Of a stretch of 58,593 bases of DNA, positions 45,931 through 55,846 are shown piece after piece. The translations under genes were made by a program, and so were the position numbers. The stretch spans positions 1 to 58,593 of the IMG/VR virus record IMGVR_UViG_3300048833_000177. One strand, written 5' to 3'. The stretch comes from a virus (lineage: Duplodnaviria; Caudoviricetes). Numbering within the stretch: position 1 is the stretch's first letter; every line of letters starts with the position of its first letter. A model generated the notes under the pieces. That model had not been told where the DNA came from. It did no database searches and saw nothing but the letters and a program-made list of their open reading frames with translations.

Positions 45931-46553
45931 CGGAAAACGCGCAGCCCGGCGAGAAGGCTGTCTGCGGAAGCGTTGAGCGCCTTCGCGTCGGCCCGGCTGG
46001 TGAAGAACTCGCGGCGGCCGACACCCTCGACCTCTTCAACCTTCAGCAGGCGCTGCTCGGACGCGATCGATGCCATGTTCTGGACCATGTAGCGGATGGC
46101 CTGCTTGACCGCGACGGGGAGAACCCCCGTGCCGCCGCTGACCGGTGCGGTCCCGTTGTAGCCGGCGACGTAGCGGATCCGAAGATTGCCAGGGTAGCCA
46201 ATCGTGTCTGGCCAGTAGCCGCTGCTGAGCCGCAGCGTGCCCGTGAGCTTGTCGAGCACCACCCCGGCCACGTCGACCGTCCGCTCACCATTCGCCGCGT
46301 CGAGATAGGTGATGCTGGTCAGGCTCACCACCGGCGGGCAGGGCAACTCAATCACGCTGCAAGGGAAGCGATCGGTTTGGTATTCGAGCGTCTGCACGCC
46401 GAAGGCCCGGCCAACCCATCCGCCCGGCCCGTCGATCTCGCTCATGGCAGCAGCAATATAGGCCGTGATGGTGGCGTCGCTGCCGGAGTGCGAACCGGGG
46501 ATGTCAGCCGGCGTCATCACCGGCTCCGGCGGGACAACCACAATCGTCGTCAT
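45927..46553 (-). CDS. Head-tail connector (adaptor)
   Basis: IELPCPPVVSLTSITYLD, IRYVAGY, PVAVKQAI. Confidence 0.85.
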   Translation of the reverse strand: MTTIVVVPPEPVMTPADIPGSHSGSDATITAYIAAAMSEIDGPGGWVGRAFGVQTLEYQTDRFPCSVIELPCPPVVSLTSITYLDAANGERTVDVAGVVLDKLTGTLRLSSGYWPDTIGYPGNLRIRYVAGYNGTAPVSGGTGVLPVAVKQAIRYMVQNMASIASEQRLLKVEEVEGVGRREFFTSRADAKALNASADSLLAGLRVFR

Positions 46554-48100
46554 CAGAGCCTCGAGAGCAGCGGGTAGAGGTCGCACTCGACCTCGGACCC
46601 GTCATCCATCTTGAGCTTCAGGACGCCGTCAGCGGTGATGCTCATGCCGGCCGGGCGCGTGCCGCGATCGGCCTTCGTGACGAGACCGGGCCCGCCCCGC
46701 TTACCCTGCTGCGCCATGAGTTGCCAGCCCTCGCCAGGGCACGGGCCGGGCCCATCAGTCTTCGCGATGAAGGAGGCGCCGTTGAGCATGACCACCGACA
46801 GCCGGCGATAGTCGCGCTCGGCATCGAAGGTGCCGCACAGTTCGATCTGGTCGGCGTCAATGCCGTCCCTGCCCTTGGCGGCGATGCAGGTCCAGTCAGC
46901 GTGAGGCGGGGCCCGGCCAGTGTCGACCGATGCCTGATAGGTTGCGCCGTTGTGCGAGCAGACCTCGCCTTCGTAATAGACCCGGTCCTCCCACGCCTTC
47001 ACCACCGGCAAGCGGCCGTCTTTGCCGTCCTGCGGCTTCGGGATTGCGGCAACAGCCTCTTCGACCATGGCGCGGACCTCGGCGGGGTCGATACTGGCGC
47101 CGTCCTCGCCATCCTTCGGCTTGGGCAACGCCTCAACCGCGGCCTTCACGACTTCCTCGACGACGCCGCGGATGGCTTCAGGCGTCGGAGTCTCGCCATC
47201 CTTTGGCGCGGGGATTGCGCTCACCGCCTCCTCGACCATCCGCCGAATCTCAGCCGGGTCGGCGTCTTTGCCAGGCTGAGCCGGAGGCAACGCCGCAACG
47301 GCTTCTGCGATGATGGGGGCCGCGATCTCGCGCAGCCGCTCATCGGACGGCGTTTCGCCATCCTTCGGAACGGGCAGATTGGCGAACTCCTCTTGGATGA
47401 ACTGGCGGACCAGATCCATGTCGGCGTCCTTGCCGGGCGCCGGCGGCGGCAGTGCGGCCACCGCATCGGCCACGGCCTTGTCGACCAGCGGAGCGATCTC
47501 TTCGGCGGTAGGCGTGTGCCCATCCTTGGGCGCCGGCACCTTCGCGACCTCTTCGACGATCAGCGCGCGCACTGCGTCCATGTCGACATCGGCACCGTCA
47601 CGAGGGACCGGGAGCGCAGCCACAGCCTCTCGTGCGGCTGCTGCGAGCGCGTCGCGATCAATGGTGGCAGGCGGGACATTGATCTCCGCAACACGCTGAG
47701 AGACGAGCGCCTCAATCTCCGGCTCAATGGCCGCCCGCAGATGCCGCGCAACCGTTTCCGGATCAGCATCGACACCGTCTTTCGCCGGCGGCAGCGCCGC
47801 AATCTTCTCAGCGATTTCGTCCGAGATGCCAGAGCGCGCGGCCTCAGTCGCGCTGGCCACCGCAGCCCGAACCGTCTCCTCGACCAGCGGCGTCACATCT
47901 GCAACCGTGACGGACGCGCCGTCCTTGACTGTGGCGAGCCGCTCCCCGACAGCGCGCTCGAGCCGGTCGAAGCGAAGCTCCCACTCGGCCGTCTGGCGCT
48001 TCAGATCGGAGAGCGCCGCGTCCAGGCGGAGCGACGTTTCCTTCCCGATCTGCGCGGCAATGGCGCCGAGCTCCGCGCCCAGCACCTCAAGCGGCGACAT
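46553..48100 (-). CDS. Repeat-rich head-associated protein
   Basis: About 8 repeats of (V/I)EEAVAALPxPKDG; C-terminal VYYEGEVC..NG..Y and W.LMAQ.GKRG modules. Confidence 0.75.
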   Translation of the reverse strand: MSPLEVLGAELGAIAAQIGKETSLRLDAALSDLKRQTAEWELRFDRLERAVGERLATVKDGASVTVADVTPLVEETVRAAVASATEAARSGISDEIAEKIAALPPAKDGVDADPETVARHLRAAIEPEIEALVSQRVAEINVPPATIDRDALAAAAREAVAALPVPRDGADVDMDAVRALIVEEVAKVPAPKDGHTPTAEEIAPLVDKAVADAVAALPPPAPGKDADMDLVRQFIQEEFANLPVPKDGETPSDERLREIAAPIIAEAVAALPPAQPGKDADPAEIRRMVEEAVSAIPAPKDGETPTPEAIRGVVEEVVKAAVEALPKPKDGEDGASIDPAEVRAMVEEAVAAIPKPQDGKDGRLPVVKAWEDRVYYEGEVCSHNGATYQASVDTGRAPPHADWTCIAAKGRDGIDADQIELCGTFDAERDYRRLSVVMLNGASFIAKTDGPGPCPGEGWQLMAQQGKRGGPGLVTKADRGTRPAGMSITADGVLKLKMDDGSEVECDLYPLLSRL

Positions 48101-49478
48101 CGCTGCTCTTGCCGAAGGCGCTGCGGAGCGCTGCGACTGCGCGAGCGGTGTCCTCGGGGTCGGGCTCATCGGCATTGACCTCATCCGCAGTCGGTTCGTT
48201 GTTCGGCGCCGCTGCCGGTGCCGTCGGCTGCATCTGCGCGCCGAATGATAGCGGCACGACCTGCTGCTGGACGCGCGGCTGTGCGCCAACGCCGCCCGGC
48301 ACCGAAGGCAGGCCGATCTTGTTGCGCGCCTCGTCGGGGGCGTAGATGCCGCTGATCGTGCCGCGGGCGAGCCCCTCGATCATCTCCTTGAAGTTCGACC
48401 GGAGCAGCGCCTCGGTGTCGAACTCGAGATACTCGTCGGGCTGGCCCTTCAGGCCGAACAGCGCGCCGATCGCTTCCTCGATGTGGTTCAGGCAGAAGCC
48501 CAGACCAGAGGACTTCCACGACGACATCAGCGCTTCGGTCGATGCGAAGGGTGTCGAGCCGACGCCCAGCACCTGAAGCGGCATCCGGAACGCCAGCGCG
48601 ATCGCTTGGTCGGTGATCTTCAGCATGTCGGCGAGGCGCGCATCCGCTGGCGACATCGAGACCGCCTTGGCCTTCAGCCCCCACGACAAGATCGGCGTGC
48701 CGCCGGCGTTCTCGCCTTGCGACATCTCCTCCCAACGCTTGCGCAGATCTTTGGCCTGATCCGAGTTGAGCTTCTCGTCGGTTTCCAGGATGAAGCTCGG
48801 CCGGGCCTGATTGATGTAGAAGGCGACCTGCTGGTTCAGCGCGGCACCGGCCATCGCTCGCTCAAGCACCGTAGCCAGGATCGGGCTTATGCCTTTCAGC
48901 GGGTGCTGCGGCGTGTGCAAGCGCAGATGCAGGACATCGCGGGCCGGGATCGGCAGCGCGAAATCGAAGCGCCGCTCGGCGACCTCGTTCCCGCCGAGCC
49001 AGTAGAAGATCGAGCCGTCATTGCCGATCAGCGGCTGGCCATGACGCATGATGTGCGTCTCAACGATCTCGTTCCGGTTGTTCCGGATCGCCACCGCGAA
49101 GGCCTCGCCGCGCTCGTACATGCGCCGCGTCAGGTTCATCAGGTGGTCGGAGATCGACTCGTAATCGTTCGGCTTCCGCAGCCAGCGCGTCAGCGCAGAG
49201 CCGGTCTGGCGCTTGCGCCCGCCGTTCTCCTCGGTGACCCAATGGTCGCCCGGGCACATGGCGACCGTCTGCGCATAGGCCGAGATACAGGCCTCGACCA
49301 TTGAACTCGCTTCGCCGTAAGGCTGCAGCGAATAACCCATTTGCCACCAGTTCAGGAACTTGCCGGCTTTCGCCGACAGCCACCCATCGGACAGCGCATA
49401 AGGCCCGGGGCGATACGCGCCCTCCGTGGTGGACTTCTTTGCCCACGACGGCAGCACGCGGGCGAGGAGACCAGCCAT
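48087..49478 (-). CDS. Portal protein (HK97 family)
   Basis: VEACIS, KPNDYES, RDVLHLR, GISPI, NAGGTPIL, PDEAR..IGLP. Confidence 0.92.
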   Translation of the reverse strand: MAGLLARVLPSWAKKSTTEGAYRPGPYALSDGWLSAKAGKFLNWWQMGYSLQPYGEASSMVEACISAYAQTVAMCPGDHWVTEENGGRKRQTGSALTRWLRKPNDYESISDHLMNLTRRMYERGEAFAVAIRNNRNEIVETHIMRHGQPLIGNDGSIFYWLGGNEVAERRFDFALPIPARDVLHLRLHTPQHPLKGISPILATVLERAMAGAALNQQVAFYINQARPSFILETDEKLNSDQAKDLRKRWEEMSQGENAGGTPILSWGLKAKAVSMSPADARLADMLKITDQAIALAFRMPLQVLGVGSTPFASTEALMSSWKSSGLGFCLNHIEEAIGALFGLKGQPDEYLEFDTEALLRSNFKEMIEGLARGTISGIYAPDEARNKIGLPSVPGGVGAQPRVQQQVVPLSFGAQMQPTAPAAAPNNEPTADEVNADEPDPEDTARAVAALRSAFGKSSDVAA

Positions 49479-49487
49479 GATCTGGGC

Positions 49488-49811
49488 TTACGCGCTGCGG
49501 GTCTTGTAGCCGCGCTTAGGCTTCTCAGCCGTGATCTCGCGCGTGGTCTTCGCGGGTTCGCCCTCGCCTTCAGGCGCGGCTTCCCTCTCCTTCGCCTTGC
49601 TGGCCTTCTTCTCAGCGGCCAGGCGCTCAGCCTCTTCGCGGGCAGCGGCGCGGGCTGCATCGGGGTCGTCAACGCCGCGCGACCGCGGCACGCCCGCGCG
49701 AATTGCCACCGCAACGCCGCTCGCGTGAACCAGTCGTCCGTCCTCGCTCATGGAAACCTCCGCAGGATCGACGACTTCGTCATCTTCCAGGACATACCAG
49801 GTCTCGCGCAT
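49488..49811 (-). CDS. Small charged protein
   Basis: Ends KRGYKTR; sits between the capsid-associated genes and portal. Confidence 0.65.
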   Translation of the reverse strand: MRETWYVLEDDEVVDPAEVSMSEDGRLVHASGVAVAIRAGVPRSRGVDDPDAARAAAREEAERLAAEKKASKAKEREAAPEGEGEPAKTTREITAEKPKRGYKTRSA

Positions 49812-49867
49812 CGCTCTCACTCCTGTCGGGAAGGGAGCAGGGGCGACCGGAGCCGCCCCCACAGGGG

Positions 49868-50242
49868 TCACTTGCCGTCGTCGACGTAGACGATGATCGT
49901 GCCGGTCTTGACGTTGCCGCCCTGGGCGACGACGACCTTCACGCGGTCACGGGCCAGGGCGATGCGGTCGTTCACCGCGGTGCCTCCGGAGGCGTAGAGC
50001 GACGCGACGCCAGCCGTGGTGTGCGTGCCGGCGCGCGGCCGCAGCTTGGTCGCCGCGTTCTGGTCCGTCAGCGACAGGATGACTTCGCCGGTCGTGTCCG
50101 CAGTGATGGTGAAGTCGACGCCATCGGCGAAATCGGTCTTCACATACTGGATCGAGTCGATGAAGCCGGAGAGATACGGCGAATAGGCCGTCGCGGCGCC
50201 CGACGAGTTGGTCGTCAGGGGGATCGTGAACTTGCGGATCAT
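49868..50242 (-). CDS. Putative head decoration protein, paralog 2
   Basis: Beta-rich; paralog of 50254-50625. Confidence 0.65.
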   Translation of the reverse strand: MIRKFTIPLTTNSSGAATAYSPYLSGFIDSIQYVKTDFADGVDFTITADTTGEVILSLTDQNAATKLRPRAGTHTTAGVASLYASGGTAVNDRIALARDRVKVVVAQGGNVKTGTIIVYVDDGK

Positions 50243-50253
50243 GACAGGACTCC

Positions 50254-50625
50254 TCAGCCGTCGACGGTGATGTGGAAGGTGCCCGCCGTGGCGTTGCCGC
50301 CGCTCGCGACAACGATCTTCACGCGGTCCTGAGACAGCGAGATCTTGCCGTTAACGGCAGTTCCTGCAGCGGCGTACAGCGAAGCCGCACCAGCCGTGGT
50401 GGCCGTGCCAGCGCGCGGGTAGCGGGTCGCGGAGGCGTTGACGTTCTCCTCGGCCCAGATCGTCTCGCCGGTATCCTCGGCGGTGATGGTGAAATCGACG
50501 CCGTTTGCGAAGGTGTCCTTCACATAGCGGATCGAGATCAGGTCGCCCGACAGAACGGGCGAATAGGCCGTGGCGTCACCGCTTGCATCGACGGTGACCG
50601 GCACGACGTGGCGTCGTAGGGCCAT
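50254..50625 (-). CDS. Putative head decoration protein, paralog 1
   Basis: Directly follows the capsid gene. Confidence 0.65.
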   Translation of the reverse strand: MALRRHVVPVTVDASGDATAYSPVLSGDLISIRYVKDTFANGVDFTITAEDTGETIWAEENVNASATRYPRAGTATTAGAASLYAAAGTAVNGKISLSQDRVKIVVASGGNATAGTFHITVDG

Positions 50626-50657
50626 GTGGTTTCTCCCGCAGACTCATCTGCACAAGG

Positions 50658-50686
50658 TGAAACGCGGGGCCGTGATTGGCCCCGCG
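50658..50686 (-). terminator. Hairpin after the major capsid gene
   Basis: CGCGGGGCC-N6-GGCCCCGCG followed by TTT. Confidence 0.55.
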
Positions 50687-50706
50687 CGGGTCAGGCGGTC
50701 AGCGGT

Positions 50707-52599
50707 TTACCAGGAGGTGCCGTCGACCCAGTTCACCATGGACGGGCGGCCCATGACCCAGCTCACATCCATCAGCATGCGAACGCCGATGGTCGCGGTC
50801 TGGTAGAACGAGCGGACCGGGTCAGCGACGGTCGGGCCCGTGCCGGACACGATCTCCAGCGGGTTCGCGTCTTCCATGTGAACGGTCGCCGTCTCGTTGA
50901 TGTCGAACTCGGGCGCATCGCCAGCGGCGGTGTAGAAGTCCGAGTTGCGGATCGCGATCAGGCGGCCAGCGGTGGCATAGGTGGACTCGACGATCGTGAC
51001 GCGCTCACGGATCGGAGCGAACCAGTTGGTCGTGTTGTCCGGGCCGTCCATCATCGCGATCGAGAGACCCTGCGCAGGGTTCATGATCACGGTGATGTTG
51101 TCCGCCGCGTTCGCCGCGATGAACGGCGCCAGGAGAGCCTTGAAGTCCTCCTTGACCGCCGTGTGGTCGCCACCGCCGTAGCCGGAGGCCACAGCCGAGA
51201 CGCCGTTCAGCAGACCAGCCGGGCGAGCCGAGGAAGCGGCGGTGGCGTCCAGCAGCGCCGCATCAAGGACCGATGCGGTGTCTTCCAGGATGGCCTGGCG
51301 AACGATGGCCTCGATCGCCGGGGTCGAGCGACGGGCGAGCTCACGCGAGAACGGGACGATGACGCCCATCTTCTTCGGGGTGAGTTCGGCTGCAGCGGTC
51401 GTGATGCGGCCGACCCGGATGGGCGAGCCCTCCGCGACGAAGCCGCCGCCGGCGCCGCCAGCAGTGCGGCGGGGCAGCTTGATCGTGCCGGTGCCGTCGA
51501 AGCTAAGCCCGACGCCGCGGTTGCGGAGCTCGGGATAGATCGACATGCCGGTCAGCGCCTGCAGGAAGCCGGAGTTGACCGTCTGGAGAAGCTCGGACGC
51601 CCAGCCGGACACGGTGGTCGTGCCGATGGTCTGGTCGGCCTTCGCGACGATCGCGGTCGCCTCGTGGCCCGGGTAGCGCTCCTCGAGCACGCGGTCGAGG
51701 GTCTTGTCGCCGCCGCCGAAGGCGCGCACACCCTGGACTACCATCGCGCGGACCAGCAGGTCGAGCGGCTGCACGTCCTTCTGGGGGAAGCCGAGCGGCC
51801 GACGATTGACCGCCGGGGCAGCGACGCCACCGGCCGGCGCGGCGTTCAGGCCGATCAGCGACTCCGAGCGCTTCATCGCCGTCAGCGTGGCGGTGTCGCG
51901 CTCGATCTGGTCGCTGAGCTCGTTCACGGCGTCCGCGTCGAACTCGGCAGCGCCGTTCAGTTCGGTCAGGCGGTCCTTTTTGGCGACGAGTTCGTTCTCC
52001 GCATCGACGATGCGCTGTGCGAGGGTCTTCATGACGGGTGTGCTCCGATGAGGTGGGGTTTGAGCGGCTTTCTCGCCGGTTGCCGCCAGATCCCGGCGCC
52101 TCTCGTCGGCATGCTCGCCGAAGGCTAGGGACATGGTTTCGGTTGAGAGATTCAGGGACTTCGCCAGTTGCAGGGCAGAAGGATTCGCGGGGACGGAGAC
52201 CAGCGAGGTCTCCAGAAGCTCGGCGCGGATGTAGCGCTGGCCCGCGTAGGGCTTCTCCTTGTCGAGAGGCTCCCACTGCAGCGGACGGAAACCGACGGAG
52301 ACAGCGCGAAGGATGCCCTGCTCGACCAGGCTGATGAGCTCGTCGATCCGAGCGCTGGTGCCGCGGGCCGCCAGATTGAGCTTGGCGACCAGCTTCCCGC
52401 CCTCGACGCGAACATTCGACCACGTCCCGATCGGGAACGACGACGAATGCCCGAACAGCGCGATCGGGTTCGACTTGAAGCGCTTCAGATCCCAGCCGCT
52501 GGGCTCGACCACGTCGCCGTAGCTGTCCTTGGTGGCGTCGGACAATACGAACTCGAAGCCGTCGCCAGCCTTGGCGACAGTCTTGCGGACCATTTGCAT
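50707..52599 (-). CDS. Prohead protease-major capsid protein fusion (HK97 fold)
   Basis: DSYGDVV, NPIALFGH, AVSVGF, LLETSLVSVPANP, then capsid motifs FVAEGSPI, LTPKK, RPAGLLNG. Confidence 0.93.
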   Translation of the reverse strand: MQMVRKTVAKAGDGFEFVLSDATKDSYGDVVEPSGWDLKRFKSNPIALFGHSSSFPIGTWSNVRVEGGKLVAKLNLAARGTSARIDELISLVEQGILRAVSVGFRPLQWEPLDKEKPYAGQRYIRAELLETSLVSVPANPSALQLAKSLNLSTETMSLAFGEHADERRRDLAATGEKAAQTPPHRSTPVMKTLAQRIVDAENELVAKKDRLTELNGAAEFDADAVNELSDQIERDTATLTAMKRSESLIGLNAAPAGGVAAPAVNRRPLGFPQKDVQPLDLLVRAMVVQGVRAFGGGDKTLDRVLEERYPGHEATAIVAKADQTIGTTTVSGWASELLQTVNSGFLQALTGMSIYPELRNRGVGLSFDGTGTIKLPRRTAGGAGGGFVAEGSPIRVGRITTAAAELTPKKMGVIVPFSRELARRSTPAIEAIVRQAILEDTASVLDAALLDATAASSARPAGLLNGVSAVASGYGGGDHTAVKEDFKALLAPFIAANAADNITVIMNPAQGLSIAMMDGPDNTTNWFAPIRERVTIVESTYATAGRLIAIRNSDFYTAAGDAPEFDINETATVHMEDANPLEIVSGTGPTVADPVRSFYQTATIGVRMLMDVSWVMGRPSMVNWVDGTSW

Positions 52600-52613
52600 T
52601 TCAGGATCTCCGA

Positions 52614-54329
52614 TCAGGCGATCATCGCCGCGGCTTCAGCGCGAGCGGCCGCTTCCGGGTTCATCGACATCAGCGTCACCGCGTTGAACATCGCCATGAC
52701 CGGGTCGATCTTCGCGGTGCCGGCGATCTGCTTGGTGACCATCAGGGCGTTGCCCTTCTGCTCGACCTTCGCGTTCCCGACGCACCAGATCATCAGGTCG
52801 GACCCGTCATGGATCATGGTGCCCTGCGCCAACCGGCGCTCGGCGACTTTCACTGCCGTCTGGAGCTTGTAGCCCTGCGGCACCGAGATGATCTCGCCGA
52901 TCTCGCCGTCCTTGCCGACGCTGAAGTTCCGCCGCTCGAGCTCGTCGACGATGTCGCTCACGCCCGCGGGGTCCGCGCCGATCGCGGCCTCCGCCGGCAG
53001 CAGACCGGCATCGCGAACCTGCTCGACGATGTCCGCCAGTTCCTCGACGTCCGCAGAGGACTCGTCCTCGACGATCTCCAGCCATTCCGTCGCGTCGAGG
53101 TCGATAAGCTTCGACGCAATTTCCTTGCGCCGCTCCAGCACGATCCGGTGCGCCCAGGCCTTGCACCAGACCAGCCACCGGCGGGTTTCCTTCTCACGCC
53201 CCAACACGCAGAGGCCGAGCAAGTCGTCCAGGCCGCCGCCGTCGACACCGACCACGGCAACGTCACAGCGCTCGATCAAGGCCTCAATGGTGAGCCCGGG
53301 CTCGGCTCGCTTCGCCCAAAACAGCGCGCCGGCCCAATTATCCGTCCGAAGCCCCTGCCCGATCTCGACGTTCAGGAACTTCGCCAGGAAGACGTTGCGG
53401 GTCTCCGGGCCCTTGCGCTTTTCCTTCTCGAGCCCGTCGGCGATCCACTCGCGGCCCCATTGGGTGCGGCCGACGAAGGGATTCGTGATGTAGAAGTTCT
53501 CGGGCTTCTCATACGACTTGTCGGCGATCATCGCCGCCGGAAACTCGTAGATCACCGGCAGGAACTTCCGGTCCTGAATCGTCCCATCGCGCACGCCGCG
53601 GGCATAGTTCAGCCGGTCCTTGAACACGCCAGTCGGCGGCGCATCCGCCATGGTGCTGATCGAGATGACGAAGCCTTCCGGTCGCCCGACCAACCCGCCT
53701 GTCGCCTCCTTCAGCATCGAGTCCGCCTTGGCGCTCGACCCGAACTCCCAGAGCTCGTCGATCAGCACGAAGCCGGCCTTGTTGCCGACGACGATCGACC
53801 CGTCCGCCGAGAGGATGCGCAGCGTGGCGCCGGTCCGCAGATGCGTGATCGTGCGCAGGTGATCCTGGATCTTCAGGAAGCCCTGCTCGTCAGCGTTCAG
53901 CGTCGGGTCGGCGCGCACCATGTCCGCCGCCGGCTTGAAGGCGTTCTGCGCCGCCTTGATCGTCGGCGCGATGATGATGAGTTCGTTCGACTGCCGCCAG
54001 TTCCTGATCAGCGCCGTCAGCATGATTCCGGCGGAAATCAAACTCTTGCCGTTCTTCTTGGCAACGCAGAGAAAAAACTCGCTGATCTCGCGCCGGCCGG
54101 TGCTGTGGTCGTAAGCCCCGAAGATGGCCTCGACGAAATCAAAGACCCACTGGTCGCCTGCCTCGCCGAAGGTCGGCATGCCAGCCGCCTCGACGATCCG
54201 CAGCGATTTGAACACCGCCATCGCCTGGGCGGCTTCGTCGGGGAAAAGAGCCCCGACTGTGATCAGCGGCTCGCCGGCGACGATGCGGCGCTCCCAATCG
54301 AGGCACGCCGTCGACCAGGTGAGCGTCAC
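52614..54329 (-). CDS. terL: Terminase large subunit
   Basis: VAKKNGKS (Walker A), VLIDELW, GVDGGGLDDL, KIDPVMA. Confidence 0.95.
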   Translation of the reverse strand: MTLTWSTACLDWERRIVAGEPLITVGALFPDEAAQAMAVFKSLRIVEAAGMPTFGEAGDQWVFDFVEAIFGAYDHSTGRREISEFFLCVAKKNGKSLISAGIMLTALIRNWRQSNELIIIAPTIKAAQNAFKPAADMVRADPTLNADEQGFLKIQDHLRTITHLRTGATLRILSADGSIVVGNKAGFVLIDELWEFGSSAKADSMLKEATGGLVGRPEGFVISISTMADAPPTGVFKDRLNYARGVRDGTIQDRKFLPVIYEFPAAMIADKSYEKPENFYITNPFVGRTQWGREWIADGLEKEKRKGPETRNVFLAKFLNVEIGQGLRTDNWAGALFWAKRAEPGLTIEALIERCDVAVVGVDGGGLDDLLGLCVLGREKETRRWLVWCKAWAHRIVLERRKEIASKLIDLDATEWLEIVEDESSADVEELADIVEQVRDAGLLPAEAAIGADPAGVSDIVDELERRNFSVGKDGEIGEIISVPQGYKLQTAVKVAERRLAQGTMIHDGSDLMIWCVGNAKVEQKGNALMVTKQIAGTAKIDPVMAMFNAVTLMSMNPEAAARAEAAAMIA

Positions 54330-54772
54330 GAGTTACTCACGACCAGCCGCGGCGGCTCCGGAACGGCGAATTTTCCCTCAGCGGTGCTCTGCTCGGCGTT
54401 GATCCGGCGCTGCTCGCGCTTCGTCTGCGGCGCCGGCGGCGCGACCGGCCCATCCGCAGCAGGCGCCGGCGGCGTATAGGCTTCAGCAGCCGCGCAGGCC
54501 TTGGCGTTAGCCGGCGTGACGAAGCCCCAGGTCAACAGCAGCGCCGTCGCCTTGATCGCCGCAGCCTCGCTGCCGTGCTCGATGATCTTGTTGAGCCGAT
54601 CGACGCCCTTCAAAGCGCCAGCCTGCGCCTCCGCCATCAGGTCGAGCTTCTCGGCCTCCGACTGGACCGGGCCAGCGACAGCCACCGGCTGAGCGATCTT
54701 CGCAGCGTTCGGCTTCCGGCCAGCGCCAGGACGCTTCCCGCCGCGGCCGATGCCCTTTGATACCTTCGGCAT
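54326..54772 (-). CDS. terS: Terminase small subunit
   Basis: RGGKRPGAGRKP N-terminus; directly upstream of terL. Confidence 0.8.
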   Translation of the reverse strand: MPKVSKGIGRGGKRPGAGRKPNAAKIAQPVAVAGPVQSEAEKLDLMAEAQAGALKGVDRLNKIIEHGSEAAAIKATALLLTWGFVTPANAKACAAAEAYTPPAPAADGPVAPPAPQTKREQRRINAEQSTAEGKFAVPEPPRLVVSNS

Positions 54773-54881
54773 TCAAAGCCCCATCGAAATCGTGGATTCG
54801 CCGCCCCAGAAATTCTGCGCGTGAGCCCAATAGCGGTCCACAAGGGTAAAGGCTGTGGACTTTGAAGGCCCCCGCCCCCCG
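54773..54881. other. Likely cos/packaging region
   Basis: Non-coding gap between HNH and terS with minus-strand GGGGGGCGGGGGCCTTCAAAGT, typical of cos phages. Confidence 0.5.
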
Positions 54882-55778
54882 TCATCGAACGTCAGCGAAC
54901 AGCGGCAGTTGGCCGGCGATGATCGTCCCGCCTTTGGCGAGATTGCATCGCCTGCACGCGCATTGGACGTTGGCCCATGTGTGAGGGCCACCCATTGCCA
55001 TGGGGATGCGGTGATCCATCTCCGGCGCGTTGGGCTCATAGGTTCCCATGAGGCGCTGCGGTGTCTTCACTCCGCAGACCTGACAGCGCCAGCGGTCGCG
55101 CTCGAATAGCTTAAGGCGATTGACCGGCTCATAGGCGACGCCGTGATAGCGGGCGCGCTTTCGGGCCTTGTTGCCGTACACCTTGCGGCTTCGGTTTGAA
55201 GCGCTGCGCTTGCAGGCGGCGGAACAGAAGCCGGCGCTACCATGATGCGGCACGAAAGGCGCTGCGCAGCCCTTGCAGGGACGCGGCTGGTGTATCAGCG
55301 CGGGCTTAGGCGGCGCCTTTGGTCTAGGTTGCCAGCCCGTTCGTTCTTTCCAGCGCTCTCGCTCTGCCCGCTTGGCCTGCTGCGGCGAGCTGTATTTCCG
55401 AATGCCGTTCGCTTGGCATGCGCGGCTACAGTAAAGCCCTTTACTGTTGCGCGTCGGCATGAACAGCGCGGCGCATTGCTGGCATGTGCGCCTGTTGCGT
55501 TCGGCGGAGCGAGCGGATCGGGTCTGATGCGCCTTGGCATTGGCACATGCAGTGCCGCAGCATGTGACGCGGCTGTTGAGCGGCTTGAACCTGATGCCGC
55601 AGACGGCGCAATCCCTATCGGTTAGCAGCGTGCGGGGCGGCCCCTTAGCGGGCCGGCATCCCGTGGCGCAGTAGTGCGGCCTTCGTCCTCGAGTGCCAGG
55701 CGCAACATAGATCAGCGCAGAGCATGCCTTACAGGCTGGCGCATTGCGCCCGTCATCGCATACAAAGGCCGAAGCCAT
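54882..55778 (-). CDS. HNH endonuclease with four CxxC...CxxxC Zn-finger repeats
   Basis: ERDRWRCQVCG...MDHRIP...GGPHTWANVQCACRRCN. Confidence 0.88.
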   Translation of the reverse strand: MASAFVCDDGRNAPACKACSALIYVAPGTRGRRPHYCATGCRPAKGPPRTLLTDRDCAVCGIRFKPLNSRVTCCGTACANAKAHQTRSARSAERNRRTCQQCAALFMPTRNSKGLYCSRACQANGIRKYSSPQQAKRAERERWKERTGWQPRPKAPPKPALIHQPRPCKGCAAPFVPHHGSAGFCSAACKRSASNRSRKVYGNKARKRARYHGVAYEPVNRLKLFERDRWRCQVCGVKTPQRLMGTYEPNAPEMDHRIPMAMGGPHTWANVQCACRRCNLAKGGTIIAGQLPLFADVR

Positions 55779-55846
55779 ATCGAACCCTCAACGTTCGGTG
55801 CGGTCAGGGCTCGCGTCGGTGCTGGTAACACCGCGCGAGTCCGCCC

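Noticed and set aside
50707-52599. Protease-capsid fusion as a novelty
   Set aside because: A well-known arrangement in many HK97-fold phages.
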